This document shows, one piece after another, positions 27,036 to 41,060 of a DNA stretch of 64,000 bases. The stretch is taken from positions 4,960,001 through 5,024,000 of the forward strand of contig CM022677.1 of the NCBI GenBank assembly GCA_012295275.1, given 5' to 3'. The DNA is from Chrysomallon squamiferum (lineage: Eukaryota > Animalia > Mollusca). The notes under the pieces were generated by a model, which saw nothing but the letters and a program-made list of their open reading frames with translations, did not search any database and had not been told where the DNA came from. The position numbers were made by a program, and so were the translations under genes. Every line of letters begins with the position of its first letter. The stretch's first letter is position 1.

Positions 27036-27667
27036 TTTGCAGATTCATGTTATTAACAAAGCAACAAAAAAGAAACAAAAGGTTTTTTTTCGTGTTTTGT
27101 TTTTTCCCAGTTCCTCTATACAGTAGTAGGAGAAAAGATCATGTTTATACTTCCAGACAAAACGTTGTGTATATTTACAAATATACTTTTTGGAGAGAGA
27201 TGGTGATGAAGGTGATTTTCTGATGACAAGGTATAATATTTATTTTGTGAACATGAGCGCAGTTATCACAGGTAATTTGAAATTCAGTGACGACATTTAC
27301 TTTATTAACATTATCAAGATTATTCTTGAAAAGCCGATAATATTCCTTTAACTATATCCAAGATTATACTGACAATTACATACGTATTATCAATATTTAT
27401 TATGAAGCAAAACAGAGGTAAACTTAATAAAATATCAATGTAAACAGTGGTACTTTTAATAAGATAGGACGTAATTTATTCGTATAAGCTGCACAGCTGG
27501 TAGTAAATAAACACGTAAATTCCTCCAATGACGAGAACACCAATGACGTTAGGAACGACTCTGGTAGACGGCAACGACGTTAATAGAAATTCGGATAATA
27601 TTAAAATTTAACGATATTTAAAAAAACATTTATTTGAAAGACCTTCTGTTTTTCTCAGAAAAAAAAT

Positions 27668-27714
<47 letters not shown>

Positions 27715-28369
27715 AAAAAAAAAAAATATATATATATATGGTTTTATAAAAAATTGTTTTACAAACACAGGAAAAGATCTGATCAGTGTGGTTTTCTGTT
27801 ACTTGTTACTGTGATAATTACAAGTCCAGTGTAATATCTAGAACTACAGAGGGGCTGTGAGATTAATATTCTCTTATTTAGAGATTTTAAAAGAAAAGGT
27901 TATATTACAGGAAATGGTGAGGTTAATATGTTATTATGTATCAAATGTGATTATACTGTAAAATTAATTGCATATTATTATTATTATTATTAAAGTCTCC
28001 GTCATTACCATTGATGTACTTCTTCTTATTCTTTTGCTTTTTATTAACTACTTTTTTAGTCGTACTTTTTTAGTTCAAAGGCATTATAACTATTTCTATT
28101 AATATCACCATCATTTCCATCATAACGGCTTTGTCCCTAGCTTTTCTGGAGTAATTATAATTTTTCTTTAGCGCTTTTTATTAATTATTCCTCATACTTT
28201 CTGAGTCGGCGCATCACCTATTAAAATATAGTATTGTAATTTCTATTAATGTCGCCGTCGTTGACGTTGTAACAGCTTGTTACTAACGTTATTGCATAAC
28301 TCCTCATTATTCCTTTTCTTTTTTATTCACTGTCATTCTACATTAATACGATTGTATTACGATTCTTAT

Positions 28370-28858
28370 AATAGGGTTAGTACTTGTGTTGGCATTAGAA
28401 TTAAGCTTAACGACTTCGTTAGGGTTATGTTTAGAGTTAGGGTACAGTCTCGCTTAGGGTTAGGGTTTGGGCTAGTGTTAGGGTTAGGTAGTTTCAACAT
28501 TATTATGAGTTTAATGTGCTAAACAGTTTTGGGATGAGTGACAGAAACTGTTTTAGCATAATAATTAAGTTTAGTCTCTTTGTCAGGGTTAGGGTTATTT
28601 AAATTTATTATCATGTGCAAAATAGTGTTTCGATCACGATTAGAATCAGCGTAAACGTTTTGCACTTGGGTAAGAGTAAAGTTCAGCTAGGGTTATGGCT
28701 AGGGTTATTTAAATTTTATTATGCTTCTTATGATAATCTACAAAACAATTTTATGATCAGGGTTAGGACTACTGTTAGCATTAGAATTAAATTTACCGAC
28801 TTCATTGGGTTTAGGTTTAGAGTTAGCTGTTAGTGTTAAGGTTAAGGTTAGGGTTTAT
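28370..28858 (+). repeat. Degenerate interstitial TTAGGG-like repeat tract
   Basis: Many ttaggg/agggttag/aggtta units interspersed with a longer recurring motif (gcattagaattaa..cgacttc). Confidence 0.7.
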
Positions 28859-29614
28859 TACGATCTCAGCGAAGGCGAAATTAACAGGAATATTACTAAT
28901 ATATTCTAATAATAGGATGGGCACAATCAGAAAATAAGAATAACAGGGAAATGAAATACAAAAAAAGAATAATGAGTAGAACACCATATTTTGTTCTCTG
29001 AGAATTCCAGGCAGCATGACCAGTGCTAATGAAAGCTCCCAATAAGAAGCAGTCATCTTACTCTATCTTGCGAGCACTTACTCCCCACTCATTACTTTAA
29101 ACATTACGTATTATGACCTTTCTACTATAGGAATGATGGTATTATTTATCTATTCTAAACACTTCCCAACTTAAAATTTTGCCATCCTCGGCAACATAAA
29201 AACATTTAATAATAATTTTAATTGATGTAATAAAACCTGTGATATATATATCTCTCTCACAACCCTACGACAAGAACATGCTGTAATTTTAGACTAAACT
29301 TTGTGTTTGACACTGTCAGTGTTTTCTATACAGACTTGTGACAGATATATAACACGTGATGTCTACATAATACTGGATACTGTAACTACATGTGACAAGT
29401 ACTGTATAGTGTCAAATAAAGAAAAAGAAATAATATATCATTTAAAACTGTAATCCTTTCTTTTAAGTTATTATTATTATTACTATTATTGTAATTGTTT
29501 GTTTTGTCTGTTTTTTGTTGGTTTTTGGGGGGGTTTTTTTGGTTGTGTTTTTCTATGATGATGTTTACATTTCATAAAAGTTGTCATACATGAAAACGGT
29601 TAGACTACATACTT

Positions 29615-29925
29615 ATAATGACAAGTAGTATACACACCACAGCCTTTAATACACCAGACACTAGATGGAACAAACTGACTCACTGTCTTATATAAAACAG
29701 CTCTCTTATATAAAACAGCTCTCTTATATAAAACAGCAGTCTTATATAAAACAGCAGTCTTATGTATAAGTGAACTGGCTGGAACAGTTGGGCTCGCTGA
29801 GATGGTAGTGCGTACCACAACCTCTAATACACCAGATGCAGGGCACTGGATAGAATAAACGTACTCACTGACAGGGTAGCACTTACATACCATAGTCTCT
29901 AATATACATCATACACTGGATGAAC
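29615..29925 (-). mobile_element. Three tandem degenerate SINE central-domain fragments, with an internal 19-bp repeat
   Basis: Minus strand ccagtgccctgcatctggtgtattagaggttgtggtacgcactacc and tggtatgtaagtgctaccctgtc resemble the recalled MetaSINE-associated ccagtgctccacgactggtgtaacaaaggccgtggtatgtgctatcctgtc; (tcttatataaaacagc..)x4 inside. Confidence 0.45.
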
Positions 29926-30697
29926 AGATCTATATATATATATATACACATCAGTAATTTCCATTTTATAGAATTCCAAAATATAGTAATCAAATATTTA
30001 ATAGAAAATTTTTGAAAAAGGCATTAAATATCATAATTCAGTTTAATGTTATTTTATTTAGAAGATTAATTATTTTTGTTACTTTATTTTTGACAGCTAG
30101 TGAGTATCTCTGAGTACAATTTCACAAATATTTTAAAATATTTAAATATTCTTTCAATAAATATTTTAACGATTACCAACTGCTTAAGGACAAAATAATT
30201 AAATATTTATGAATTTATGAAAAGGCATTAAGATCATGATTCATTTATTAGTATTGTTATTTATTTCTGGTGTGGATGTTGAAAACTGAGAGTATGCTTT
30301 CACAAATATTTCTATATTTAAATATATTTTTTTCAGGGATGTACGACACAGTATTTGAGCTGTACAGGGAGAGAAAACAAATATAAAACACGACTTATAA
30401 CTTACCTTGTAACTAACAGATAAAGAAATAAGGTTTAAGAAACTATAAAATACATTTTACTCTTTTTCTTATTTTACATCATGGTTTTAAATTTATATGC
30501 TTAATAAAAATCGTTTAAATAAATAAAATAAATAAATGAATAAATAAATAAATAGTATACAAACATAAATATGGAAACTCAAACTTAATTATAAACAAAA
30601 CCATTTATTTTAATATCGTAACAGAACACAAATTTCGGTTTAAGTAGATTGTTTAACAGATGAGCAGTCAGTTCGGAATATAAACATTGTCGAAATA

Positions 30698-30741
<44 letters not shown>

Positions 30742-30974
30742 CCACATCCATTCGTACCCACATACATTATATATATATACACACATACATGCAAACATAA
30801 ATACATACATAATACATCTACTGAATAACATGGTTTGTCAAACTTTTTTTTTCTTTTTTTTCCCCCCACAAACCAGAAGTTCTTTAATCGCAATAAAATA
30901 AATTATATTAATCGTAATACCAAATCACTTTTCGGTGAAATTCGGCACTTTTCGGATCTGCTCTTTTGCAATGA

Positions 30975-31013
<39 letters not shown>

Positions 31014-31192
31014 CGGTAATTTATTTCTTACATTATGATTATAAAAAAATAATAATAAATAAATAAATAAAATAAAAATAAAAATATTAATAGCAGCTGC
31101 ATCACTGTGAAAGTTTCAAAAATATTTTATGTAAATTAAAGAAAAAAGTAAGAAAAAGAAAATATATACATTACGTTATGGGAAAGTTGTAT

Positions 31193-31259
<67 letters not shown>

Positions 31260-31359
31260 ATAGATAATGTTAAAATACTTTTGAATCAAAATCATAATAA
31301 TAATCATATTTTAAATGATTTTAAATAATCATAGTTTAAATGCAGTGAACATGGTTTTA

Positions 31360-31560
31360 GCATACGCTTACGCAATTATGAGACAACCCCTCGTTTCTTT
31401 TAACTCAAGGTCAAGTCGTTATGACGCGCGTGCGTATACGTCACAGTGTAGATCATTGTTGTTTGCAAAAGGAAGTAACAGTCACCAGAGTAACCAGAGC
31501 GATCTTGATTAAGGTAATTAATTACTTTTTTGTTAAGTGTTTGTTCAATATGGCCGCTAA
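31360..31560 (+). promoter_or_regulatory. CpG-rich promoter-like patch with a candidate first-exon donor
   Basis: tgacgcgcgtgcgtatacgtca (inverted half-CRE pair) and AAG|GTAATT donor near 31513. Confidence 0.4.
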
Positions 31561-32159
31561 TTGCACCCGAACAGTGCATCTCTATAGAATCTATGTATTT
31601 CAGGCAATGTACACTTTGCCTGACTTTTCAAGCTAATTTGTCAACACTTGAAATGCAAATCTATCGTTGATTGACAGCAATTGTTGTAAAAATAAACAAA
31701 CATGCAAACAAACAATGATAACACAAAATTACATTTAAGATTTAAGAAATTAATTTTAAATTCATTCGGGCTTAATCTGTTGGTTTTAATACTAAATTAC
31801 ATACTTATCAAATCATTTCTTTATAATTGTTTTTGATATCAATGCACTACCAACAGTTAACTTATGATGATGAAAAATTAAGATATTACCTTAATTCAGT
31901 ATGTGAATGTTATTGCAAAAGGACAAAAATAGAGTAATTAGGTTTCTCCATAATTACTGTATGGACAGGCAGGAATATCACTAGTTAACAGCTGGGTGAC
32001 ATACAAAGAGATGAAATCCCATTTAAAATATGCCTCACAAACAAACTGATGACATCGTTAACAGTCATCATTTTCTGATTAAGAACTGGATATCACAGGC
32101 TCAATTGGCAAATTTATAAGAAATTCTGGGGTTTTTTTGTTTATATTCTGCTGTGGAGA

Positions 32160-32368
32160 AACAGAACAGATGACAGAACAATGGCACAATAGATGACAGA
32201 ACAGTGACAGAACAGTGACAAAACTGTGACAGAACAGTGACAGAACAGTGACAAAACAGTGACAAAACTGTGACAGAACAGTGACAGAACAGTGACAAAA
32301 CTGTGACAGAACAGTGACAGAACAGTGACAAAACTGTGACAAAACAGTGACAGAACAGATGACAGAAC
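32160..32368. repeat. 11-bp tandem repeat (tgacagaacag / tgacaaaactg)
   Basis: Visible periodicity; produces the SQFCHCSVTVL repeat ORFs. Confidence 0.9.
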
Positions 32369-34419
32369 GTCATCCAGAAGTGCATAAACTACAGCAGTAA
32401 AGAAAGACTGGAACAAATCTGCAGAAGAATCATTCTTAGTCACTGCCGACCTTCGCGTGTAGTCAACAAGAGAAGAAAATGTAGAAGTTGAACACTGCTG
32501 AGAAAAAGCAGCTGAGTCTAGCTAATGCTGCAGAGTTGTTGCTAATTTTGAAAGAGGAATACTCCCAACTGAAGGACGTTTGTTTGGCCAAGTTAAAAAC
32601 TGGTGGACTGTTGTCATTCTAACAAGCTCAGTGAAGAATTATTGAACATGCAGTTAGATTTTAGTGACAAATGACCAACAAATGCCACTTCAGTCTGATC
32701 TGCTAAACAAATAAATATATCTATGTAGAAGTATATACACATATTTACAATGTGATTATTATCAGTTATGTGTTGGCATCTTTAGTTTGCTTTCCTTGTT
32801 TTAATATCTTCATCTCAAATCAGTATCAAAGATATTCAAATAGCATTTTATGACTGGTTAAATTTGAAAGTCACCTTGATATCAATTCTAATCCATTGAC
32901 AAATAGTTTAATACATCTGATTAATTATCAGTTATGTGTTTGTAAAGTTTTAACTTGTTTTAGTATCTTAATGAAAAACAGTCTTTTATTTCAGGCAGTT
33001 TTGAGAAACTAACTTGAAATGTGTGCAGCTTGCAAACACACACACACACACATGCACAAACACACACACACACACTGGAAACAGCTGTAAACATCACATC
33101 TCAGATTTGCTATGGAATGCAAACTTGTCATTAGTATTAAGATTTTAAAATATTAATTTGATATATTTCTTGTTTTTTACATTGCTTTTGCCTGTTTTTG
33201 AAAGTTCTGCCAGTGTAGATGAGCAGGGTTTTGCTAGAGATCACCAGAGGGTGCTTGTGAAATAGAGATAGACAGGCTAACACATTTTTAATTTCATATT
33301 TGTAACTTTATTATACTTGTACAGCAGATTACCAAGAAAGTCTCAGTTATAATAGTATAGGCTTCAGCTCTTGTATTAGTTAAAATTATAACAATCATAA
33401 GGAATATCTTTAGTGATTAGTTAAAATTATAACAGTCATAAGGAATATATTTAGTAATGTCTCTCCATGGTACCAATGCCAATAGTTTTGACAAAATAGG
33501 GCATCATTTGTTTACTTAAATCAGTTAAGTTTATCATAAATAAAAATACTATAATAAAAATATAAAAGAACAAATTATTAATAATGGCATATAGTAATTT
33601 GTATGTAGGGATTCCTGAGACATGAAACTTATGTCAAGGGTTTCACAAGCATGAAAAGGAGTTGAGAAATCCTGGTGTGTTTTAAATATTATATTCACTT
33701 TATAGGCCATACTTTTTATATTAGCAGGATTATGGAAAAGATAAGCTTCAAATTTAGAGAAGTTACATATAAAGATAAAATAAATTTTACCTGTTCATGT
33801 ACTTTAAAAATTATGTGCACAACAAGATGGTTAAAAAAAAAGGTTTGATACAATATTGCCAACAATACGTGTTTATTTGCATGCATATGTTGTCAATAAT
33901 GTCTTCCAGTGTTTAAAACACAATTTTTCATGATAAAACATAAATGTTCAAATTCCTGTTTACTTTCTTTCAGTTTTTGCGTCTTTCATGTTAGAAGATC
34001 TGTAATCATGAAAATATTATGACTGAAATATGTATTGAATTATTTTGTTTCATATCAGATTTATAGTATAACTTTTTTAGGTAGTTTAGAGTGATTAAGG
34101 TTGGGGTGTGGTCATCCCAGTAGGTGAGTGATATGTTTGTGCTAAAAAATATTAAGCCAGACTGTACTTAACACTTTTGAGAAAAAACTAATTGTTGTCC
34201 TAGTAATAGGTTCAGTTTAAGTATGTACAGTTATGGTTGTAGCCATTGTTGCATGTACACTGTTAATTTGATATATCGGTGATATAAACAGAGTGCACTG
34301 TCACCCCTCCCCAATGCAGTACAGAAAATGATTGTTACAGTTTATTATATTCAATGAAAATTCTTCATTTTACTCAATCTTTTGAAAGATAAACTAAAGT
34401 TTGTATTCTCTCTTTTCAG

Positions 34420-36029
34420 AATTGTACACGTCAAGAATGCCTATGTCACTCTTTGTCACTCTGGCAGTATTTTTTTCAATGGATTTAATATTCTTTGTCT
34501 TAGACTTTACTATACTTTCACACCAGTACTTTTTCTTCCTCCAAATAAAGAAATCCTTCAAACATCTTTTTTTTGCAGTGTCATTAATGATCTTCCCTCT
34601 TTTCACCCTCATATTCATGGACACCATTACACATTTTCTGCCACCTTTCTGTTTACTTTTGAGTTCATGTTACCTCTACTTCACTGCTCCCTCTGCTTTG
34701 GTTCATTGAGCCATATCTTCTCCTGGTGGTTTGTGGATAATCTCACGCAGGCCTTCATTAAAACCCAGTCTCCTCTTTCATTTGTGTTACTTGTCTTTGA
34801 ACATCTCGTATGGATAGATCTTTAGGTGCAAGGAATGCAGCCTGATAGGGTCCATAGAAGAAAATTGAGTATTTTGGAGTTTTTACTGATGGTGGAGGTC
34901 ATCAGTCCTTGCCAGCCAGTGTTAACTGATTTTTTCGCGTAAAAGGAAAGAATTACATGGCAGTGAAAGCAAATGCAAACTCAGTTTGCTAGAGAAGATG
35001 ACACTAATCAACACAACATTGATAGACATAGTGATGAAAAGGTGAAGGAAAAGTCAAAAACAGATATTAAAGTAAAAGAGGATGAAAGTAAAAATAAACT
35101 AACAAAAAAAGAAAGTTGGGAGCAGATGATGATGAAAACAAGAATAAAACTGGATGATGATCGCATACAGCAGGAATGTAGTGAGTGAATCTGACAGAAA
35201 GCAGAGGTTGTCTTCAACAAGTTCAAAGCTTTTTTCTCAAAGATTGATGCAGACAAGCTACAACAGGTTGATAAACAAAGCAGTGAAGAAGGTGAGACGC
35301 CAAGTGATTTGAAACAGTATGAAATAGTGGATGGGAACATTGATGTGAACAAACCACTGAACATACCAGCAAGTGACTCACCATTAGCTAATAATAGTTT
35401 AGTGAAAACAGAAGGCAGAACCTTCATGGTCTACAAGTGACAAAAACTTTCCAAGGTGAAACAAAGATAACCATGAGGAAGGAACACAAAGACACAAACC
35501 ACAGCTGGAAAGTGACAATGTAGAAAAGAAAACAACTAAACAGTGTGTCTGAAAGGGTTGTTAGTGATGTGTCAGCCACTTCTCTGCTGCAGTCAGGTTA
35601 TAATTCTGCTAGTACTGGTTTGCATTCTGGGATCACAGTGGTGTCTCATTCAAAGACAGAGGATGCTGGGAAGGCTTCTGGGAAATATTCGGGTATTGTA
35701 AAAACAGGGCTGTTAGATGTTCCTCTCACAGACGTGTCATCAGACAGCAGCAGCTTGAAACCAACAAACTGAAACTCTCCTTTATCAAGTGATGATGATT
35801 CTAGTCCCAGCACAAACAATTCACCTCTTGTAAGCTTCCAGAACGATGGTGATGAAGCTGAATGGAGGAGGGTATCAGTGACAAACTAGAGGAGATCATA
35901 AAGGAAACGTTAGCCAGCGAGACAGCAAACAGAAAAGCAGCTAAAGAAGTGAGAAGAGAACAACGGCAGACAGAACATGATGCTGTCATGGACGATGATG
36001 ATGAACTCTATAAATTACTTGGTGTTTAG
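34420..36029 (+). pseudogene. Decayed large terminal exon of an unidentified E/K/S-rich protein (gene C)
   Basis: Acceptor ctcttttcag at 34419; broken purine-rich frames 34960-36029 ending EEGISDKLEEIIKETLASETANRKAAKEVRREQRQTEHDAVMDDDDELYKLLGV* (TAG 36027-36029). Confidence 0.55.
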
Positions 36030-37662
36030 AATTTGTTAGATGTGTGCAGTTTATATGGTGTTCGTGGGTTAAGTCTGCATAGCCTGACAGAAACACAGAA
36101 AAACTTTTCTCCAGATATTAACACCTTGAAAAAACCACCAGACACCATTTCCAGTTTTATCTCAAAATGTTTACCTCTTTATCTTTTAGAGTAGATGGTT
36201 TTTTAAATATTGTTTTAGTTTTTGTTATTTGATAAAGTACTGTATCAACAATTTACTTTATAAAGATGTTTTAATATTTTTTAGATGTATCTTTGACAGT
36301 ACAGGTGTAAAATATGGGTGGCATTCATATTTTATAGAAACTTTTTGATCAGTGTTATATCAGCTAATTATGTTTAGTGACTATTCAATACTATCCAAAT
36401 TTCTAGGTTTTTACTTTCTATCTTTTGTGTTAGCATCTTTTTTAACTCTTATTATATTTCTGGAATTTGATAAAAGTGCTGTTTTAAAATGTGTACTTAT
36501 TATTTAATGTTTCCTTGGTGTCTGTTTATATGTTATTTGTGTGGAGCAAGAGAAAGAGATTTATATTCTGCTGCCATTGTATGTGTGTATCTATGCCACA
36601 CACGTGTGTGTGTGCAAAAACAACTTTCTTTCATTTTATGAATGCTAACAAACCTCAGTACTTAAATATGTATTAGTCAGTGATGTTATTTAAAAAATGT
36701 ATTATAATGTATTATTACTTTTATATTAATATATTTTAATTTTTTTTAATTCTCAAAATTTGCTTGTTTCACTGTTAATGTGAGATGTTTGCAATATTTG
36801 GATCATGCAGTTTTGAAATCAACATCAAAAAGTCTTCAGATATAAATGTTAATTCCATTATTATTAAATCACTTTGAACAACAAATGTCCAATATTTTCA
36901 ACAATATGTTTTCATTTGCTGGGTTTTGTTCCCTTTTGTTTGGTTGTGTGATGTTTATTTTAATTTTATTTAATGTGTGTTGGTGTGATATATAATGGAT
37001 TTGTCAGTTTTTTGTAATGTTAACATTTTAGTATTAAAATATAACTAATAATTTAATGAAAGTTAAACATTATTTCAATAAATTATGTAATTTGCTATCT
37101 AATTAATGTTTGACTATAAAACACTTATCTGGATTCCCTTATCGAATATATTTAGAATCAAAATTAACTCAAAATGAATATATCATTTAATAATATAGGT
37201 TTTGTTGATAATATGGCGGTGATTTTATATAAAAAGTTTAATAATTTTAGTAAAGAAAAGTCTCTGTTGTGCTGTGCATCAAACAACTAAGACATTTCAC
37301 CATTTCAGCTCTTCAGATGAAAACAAAAAAATCCTCATTCATAATTTGTGTTCTTTATAATTATACTATTGCCAAAAAAATGTTCTTTTCAATGTCTGTT
37401 TATTACAAAATATTTTTTATTAGTATTTATTATTTTTATTTTTTTCTGTTGTATATTTCTGATTATGTAATTTTAAAAAGTAGCTGGCAGTCAAATGGAG
37501 AAAATTAAAGAATACTTTTTGAAAAAAGGACAGAAACAATATTATTTCTTTATTTCTTTATTATTTATTATGGTTTATTATGGTTTATTATTATTATTAT
37601 TATTATTGTTGTTGTTGTTGTTGTTGTTATTAATATTATTATTATTATTATTATTATTATTG

Positions 37663-37709
<47 letters not shown>

Positions 37710-38728
37710 GGAAGAAATAGTTTCATAAAAGTTGGGTGTTGTTAGGTGGGATTTTCTCTTTTCTTGAAGAATTTTATTTAAAAATACATTCATTCAAACA
37801 ATGTGTGTGTGCATGTGTGTGCGTAAATTAATTTGGACAAAGAACTTCATCTGTTTTAACTGTTATTTGTTTTGTTTTTAAAAAACGTTAATGTTTTCAG
37901 GATAAAAATATAATACTTAAAAGTTTCTAAATTTTTCCTCTTTTATATTCTTCTGTCTCAATCATCCTCATACATTTTTCTTTCATTTCTGTATATTTTT
38001 CTCTCATTCAATTTCATTTAATTTTATTTTTTCTTATTGTATTTCTGTTCTTTAATCTAGTTATGAATCTGTGTTCTGTTTTCTAGTCTGTCTGTCGGTC
38101 TGTCGATTTTTAAAGAATGGTTGTGAAATACCTACATGAATGCTCAATAATAATTTGTAGTAGTTCTATTTTTAATTTTTTTCTCTCATTTTTTCATCAT
38201 GCTTGGAAAAAAGAAAAAAAAATATATTCCATTTTCATTTGTCTTTTTGTTAAAAATAAATGATTAGTGAAAATATTTTTGTTGTTGTTATTTTTCTCTG
38301 TTATTCTGTTATTGTTAACATGTTACAGCTAATATCTTCATTTATAAAAAACTGGTATGTTTTAACTACTACTTCTACTATATGCTACTTCTACTATTAC
38401 TACTACTACTATTACTGCTGCCAGTCAGGCAATTTATACTACTACTACTACTCCTACTATTATTGCTACTACTAACAATAATAATATTTAATACAAAAAT
38501 AATGTAATAAAAATGTCTCAAGCCTTTTTACCATAAACCATTACACGATACCAAGCAGTTCAGTCTTTCAAGAGTTTTGTACTTGACATTGTTAAAACTG
38601 AACAAATCAGAAAACTTATTACTATTATTATTATTATTATTATTATTATTGTTGTTGTTGCTGTTGTTTTAATACTAATAATAATAATAATTATTATTGT
38701 TATTTTATTATTATCATTGCGGTTATTA

Positions 38729-38775
<47 letters not shown>

Positions 38776-39169
38776 AAAAGGAAAAGACGTGCAGATGTAA
38801 TTTTATGAGTTTCTGTAGTTACAGGATAAATAAATTGTTGGGGAAAGTATAATCTACTTAATCACATAATCGAAAGAGAAATAACAAAGTAAAGTATTCG
38901 GAACGGGAAATTAATCGTGTTCTCTGTAACTTATTAATTTCTCACAAAGTACATTTAATTTATGCACCCCACAACAGTAAACGCCATGAAGGAAATACAT
39001 TTGTAAAGTGGGATTTATGTTTTGAAATTTCAAAAATCATGTCTCAAATTCACCCTAGCATGCAGAGTTCACGTGAGTTCATATTATTGGTTGTTGTTTT
39101 TTTACATTGTTTTGCATGTTATTATTATGTTATAATTTATTCATATAATAAACATGAATCGGTTAGAGA

Positions 39170-39289
39170 ATATGCATGACGTCACTGCCACAGAATCCCG
39201 AAGTATCGCTTCGAGACTATATTGAAAGCGCTCGATCCGGGGACACCTCAAGAATTACTGTAATTAAGAACGTAATTAAAATTTGGACG

Positions 39290-39324
<35 letters not shown>

Positions 39325-39435
39325 TTTTGTATGGATACTGGGTTTACGTCATGACATTTTACTGTGCGTTAGTGTTCTTCACTTCGCTGTGGATTACCTC
39401 TGGACCGGTGAATTTAGCGGACGAATAAGGTAGGT
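39170..39435 (+). promoter_or_regulatory. CRE-containing, CpG-richer promoter and non-coding first-exon candidate
   Basis: Perfect TGACGTCA at 39177-39184, TTACGTCA at 39344-39351, donor AAG|GTAGGT at 39430. Confidence 0.45.
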
Positions 39436-39533
39436 TGAGTTTTGTTTTCCAAAATGACAGGAAACTCAAAAACGCGCGCTTCGTTCTCCACGGGCCTTAG
39501 TTTTATTTTTATTTTTCATTTTAGGGTTTAAAG

Positions 39534-39726
39534 CAGGGGTGCGCAAACTGAGCCGTGGGAAGGATGTCGCCTCGTCACATTTACGTTACAGAAATTCATT
39601 GCTAGAAAATCAGGTAAAGTCATGTATGTTACGCTTTCAGATTTTAAGTAATCACAAATGAAATTTGTGCGGCCAGTGAAGTTAAAGCGGAGCGGCCTGT
39701 AAGATCTGAAAGTTTGCGCAGCACTG
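39534..39726. mobile_element. hAT-type MITE, 193 bp
   Basis: 16-bp imperfect TIRs (caggggtgcgcaaact / agtttgcgcagcactg) flanked by an 8-bp TSD, gtttaaag (39526-33) and gtttagag (39727-34). Confidence 0.85.
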
Positions 39727-40171
39727 GTTTAGAGCGATGACTAGAGGGACAAATGTAGTCTGTGTACTGAATTAGAGGAAAGCGAGAACGGTTAGAAAAG
39801 ATACTGAACCACTGTCTTCATCTGCTTATTTTCTTAGACATATTCTTGTACAGAATGTAAACTTTACAATCTTATAGTTAATATTTCAAAATAGCTTCTA
39901 TCTCAACAACAACTATATTAATAAAACATTTAAAAAAAAAAAAAACTCCGAAATTTAAGAAAAAATAGTAGTTTCTTTGAGAAATATAAAATTTAATTTG
40001 AAAAGTTGTATGAATGTAAACTCTGTTACAGTGTTGTATAGTTAATTATAGTGTTATGTTTAAGTGTATATTATTTTGTTTCTTAATTCCTTCTATTTAT
40101 TCCTATCCTTCCTTCACCACACTCTTTAACATGATTAGCCATTCTTCTGTTTGTCTCCATTTCTTTCAAAA

Positions 40172-40236
<65 letters not shown>

Positions 40237-41002
40237 AACACACACACCGATATACAGTCACTAAGAATCATATCTACATAAACAAGTCACTGAAAATAGC
40301 CTTGTTGCCCAAATCCAATTTTTATTTTTGAAAAACATTACACCAGCACTTATCTACTGTTTTACTTTGATCTTACTCATCACTTCCCTGTCCCTAGAGA
40401 ATTAACACACCCCTCAAAAATATTCAACAGATCTGTATACCTCCTACATCATATATATATAAATGTTAGTAATGTTAGTAATAAATTATCTGTAAAGAAA
40501 ACAAGAACATTGTGATTTTAAAATCAGTTTTATTTCAATTACAGAAAGTGGTAAATTTTAGTTTTTAAAATTACTTCATTTAATAGTTGTTAACACACTA
40601 ATTTCAAAAACCATATTTATTTCATTTAATAGAAAAATAGTAAAAAAAACCTATAATTTTCAAAAATCATTTTATTTCATATAACAATTAATTGTTTACA
40701 GAAAATATGCATTAACTTTACATTATTTTATTGCATTTAATAATAAATTGTTTACAGAAAATAGTAAAAAGAAATAGCAAAATGGTTTTAAAAATTGCTT
40801 TTATTTCATATATAATGTTTACACTAAATAGTTAAAAAAACAACAAAGTAATTTATAAAAATAGTTTCAGTTTACTTCATTTCATTTAAAGTTTACTAAA
40901 GTTTTAGTAATAAAAATAAAAACAGTTAAGTACTGAGCAGAAAACAAAGACTAAGACTGAATTAATTTTAAAATAGGTTTAATGTTAATACATTTTTCAT
41001 AA

Positions 41003-41060
<58 letters not shown>

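Noticed and set aside
27111-27230. Plus-strand AG...GT exon-like segment
   Set aside because: No convincing open frame, partner exons or recognisable motif
33224-33674. Possible second hAT MITE ending gttgagaaatcctg
   Set aside because: Left TIR match is poor and there is no TSD
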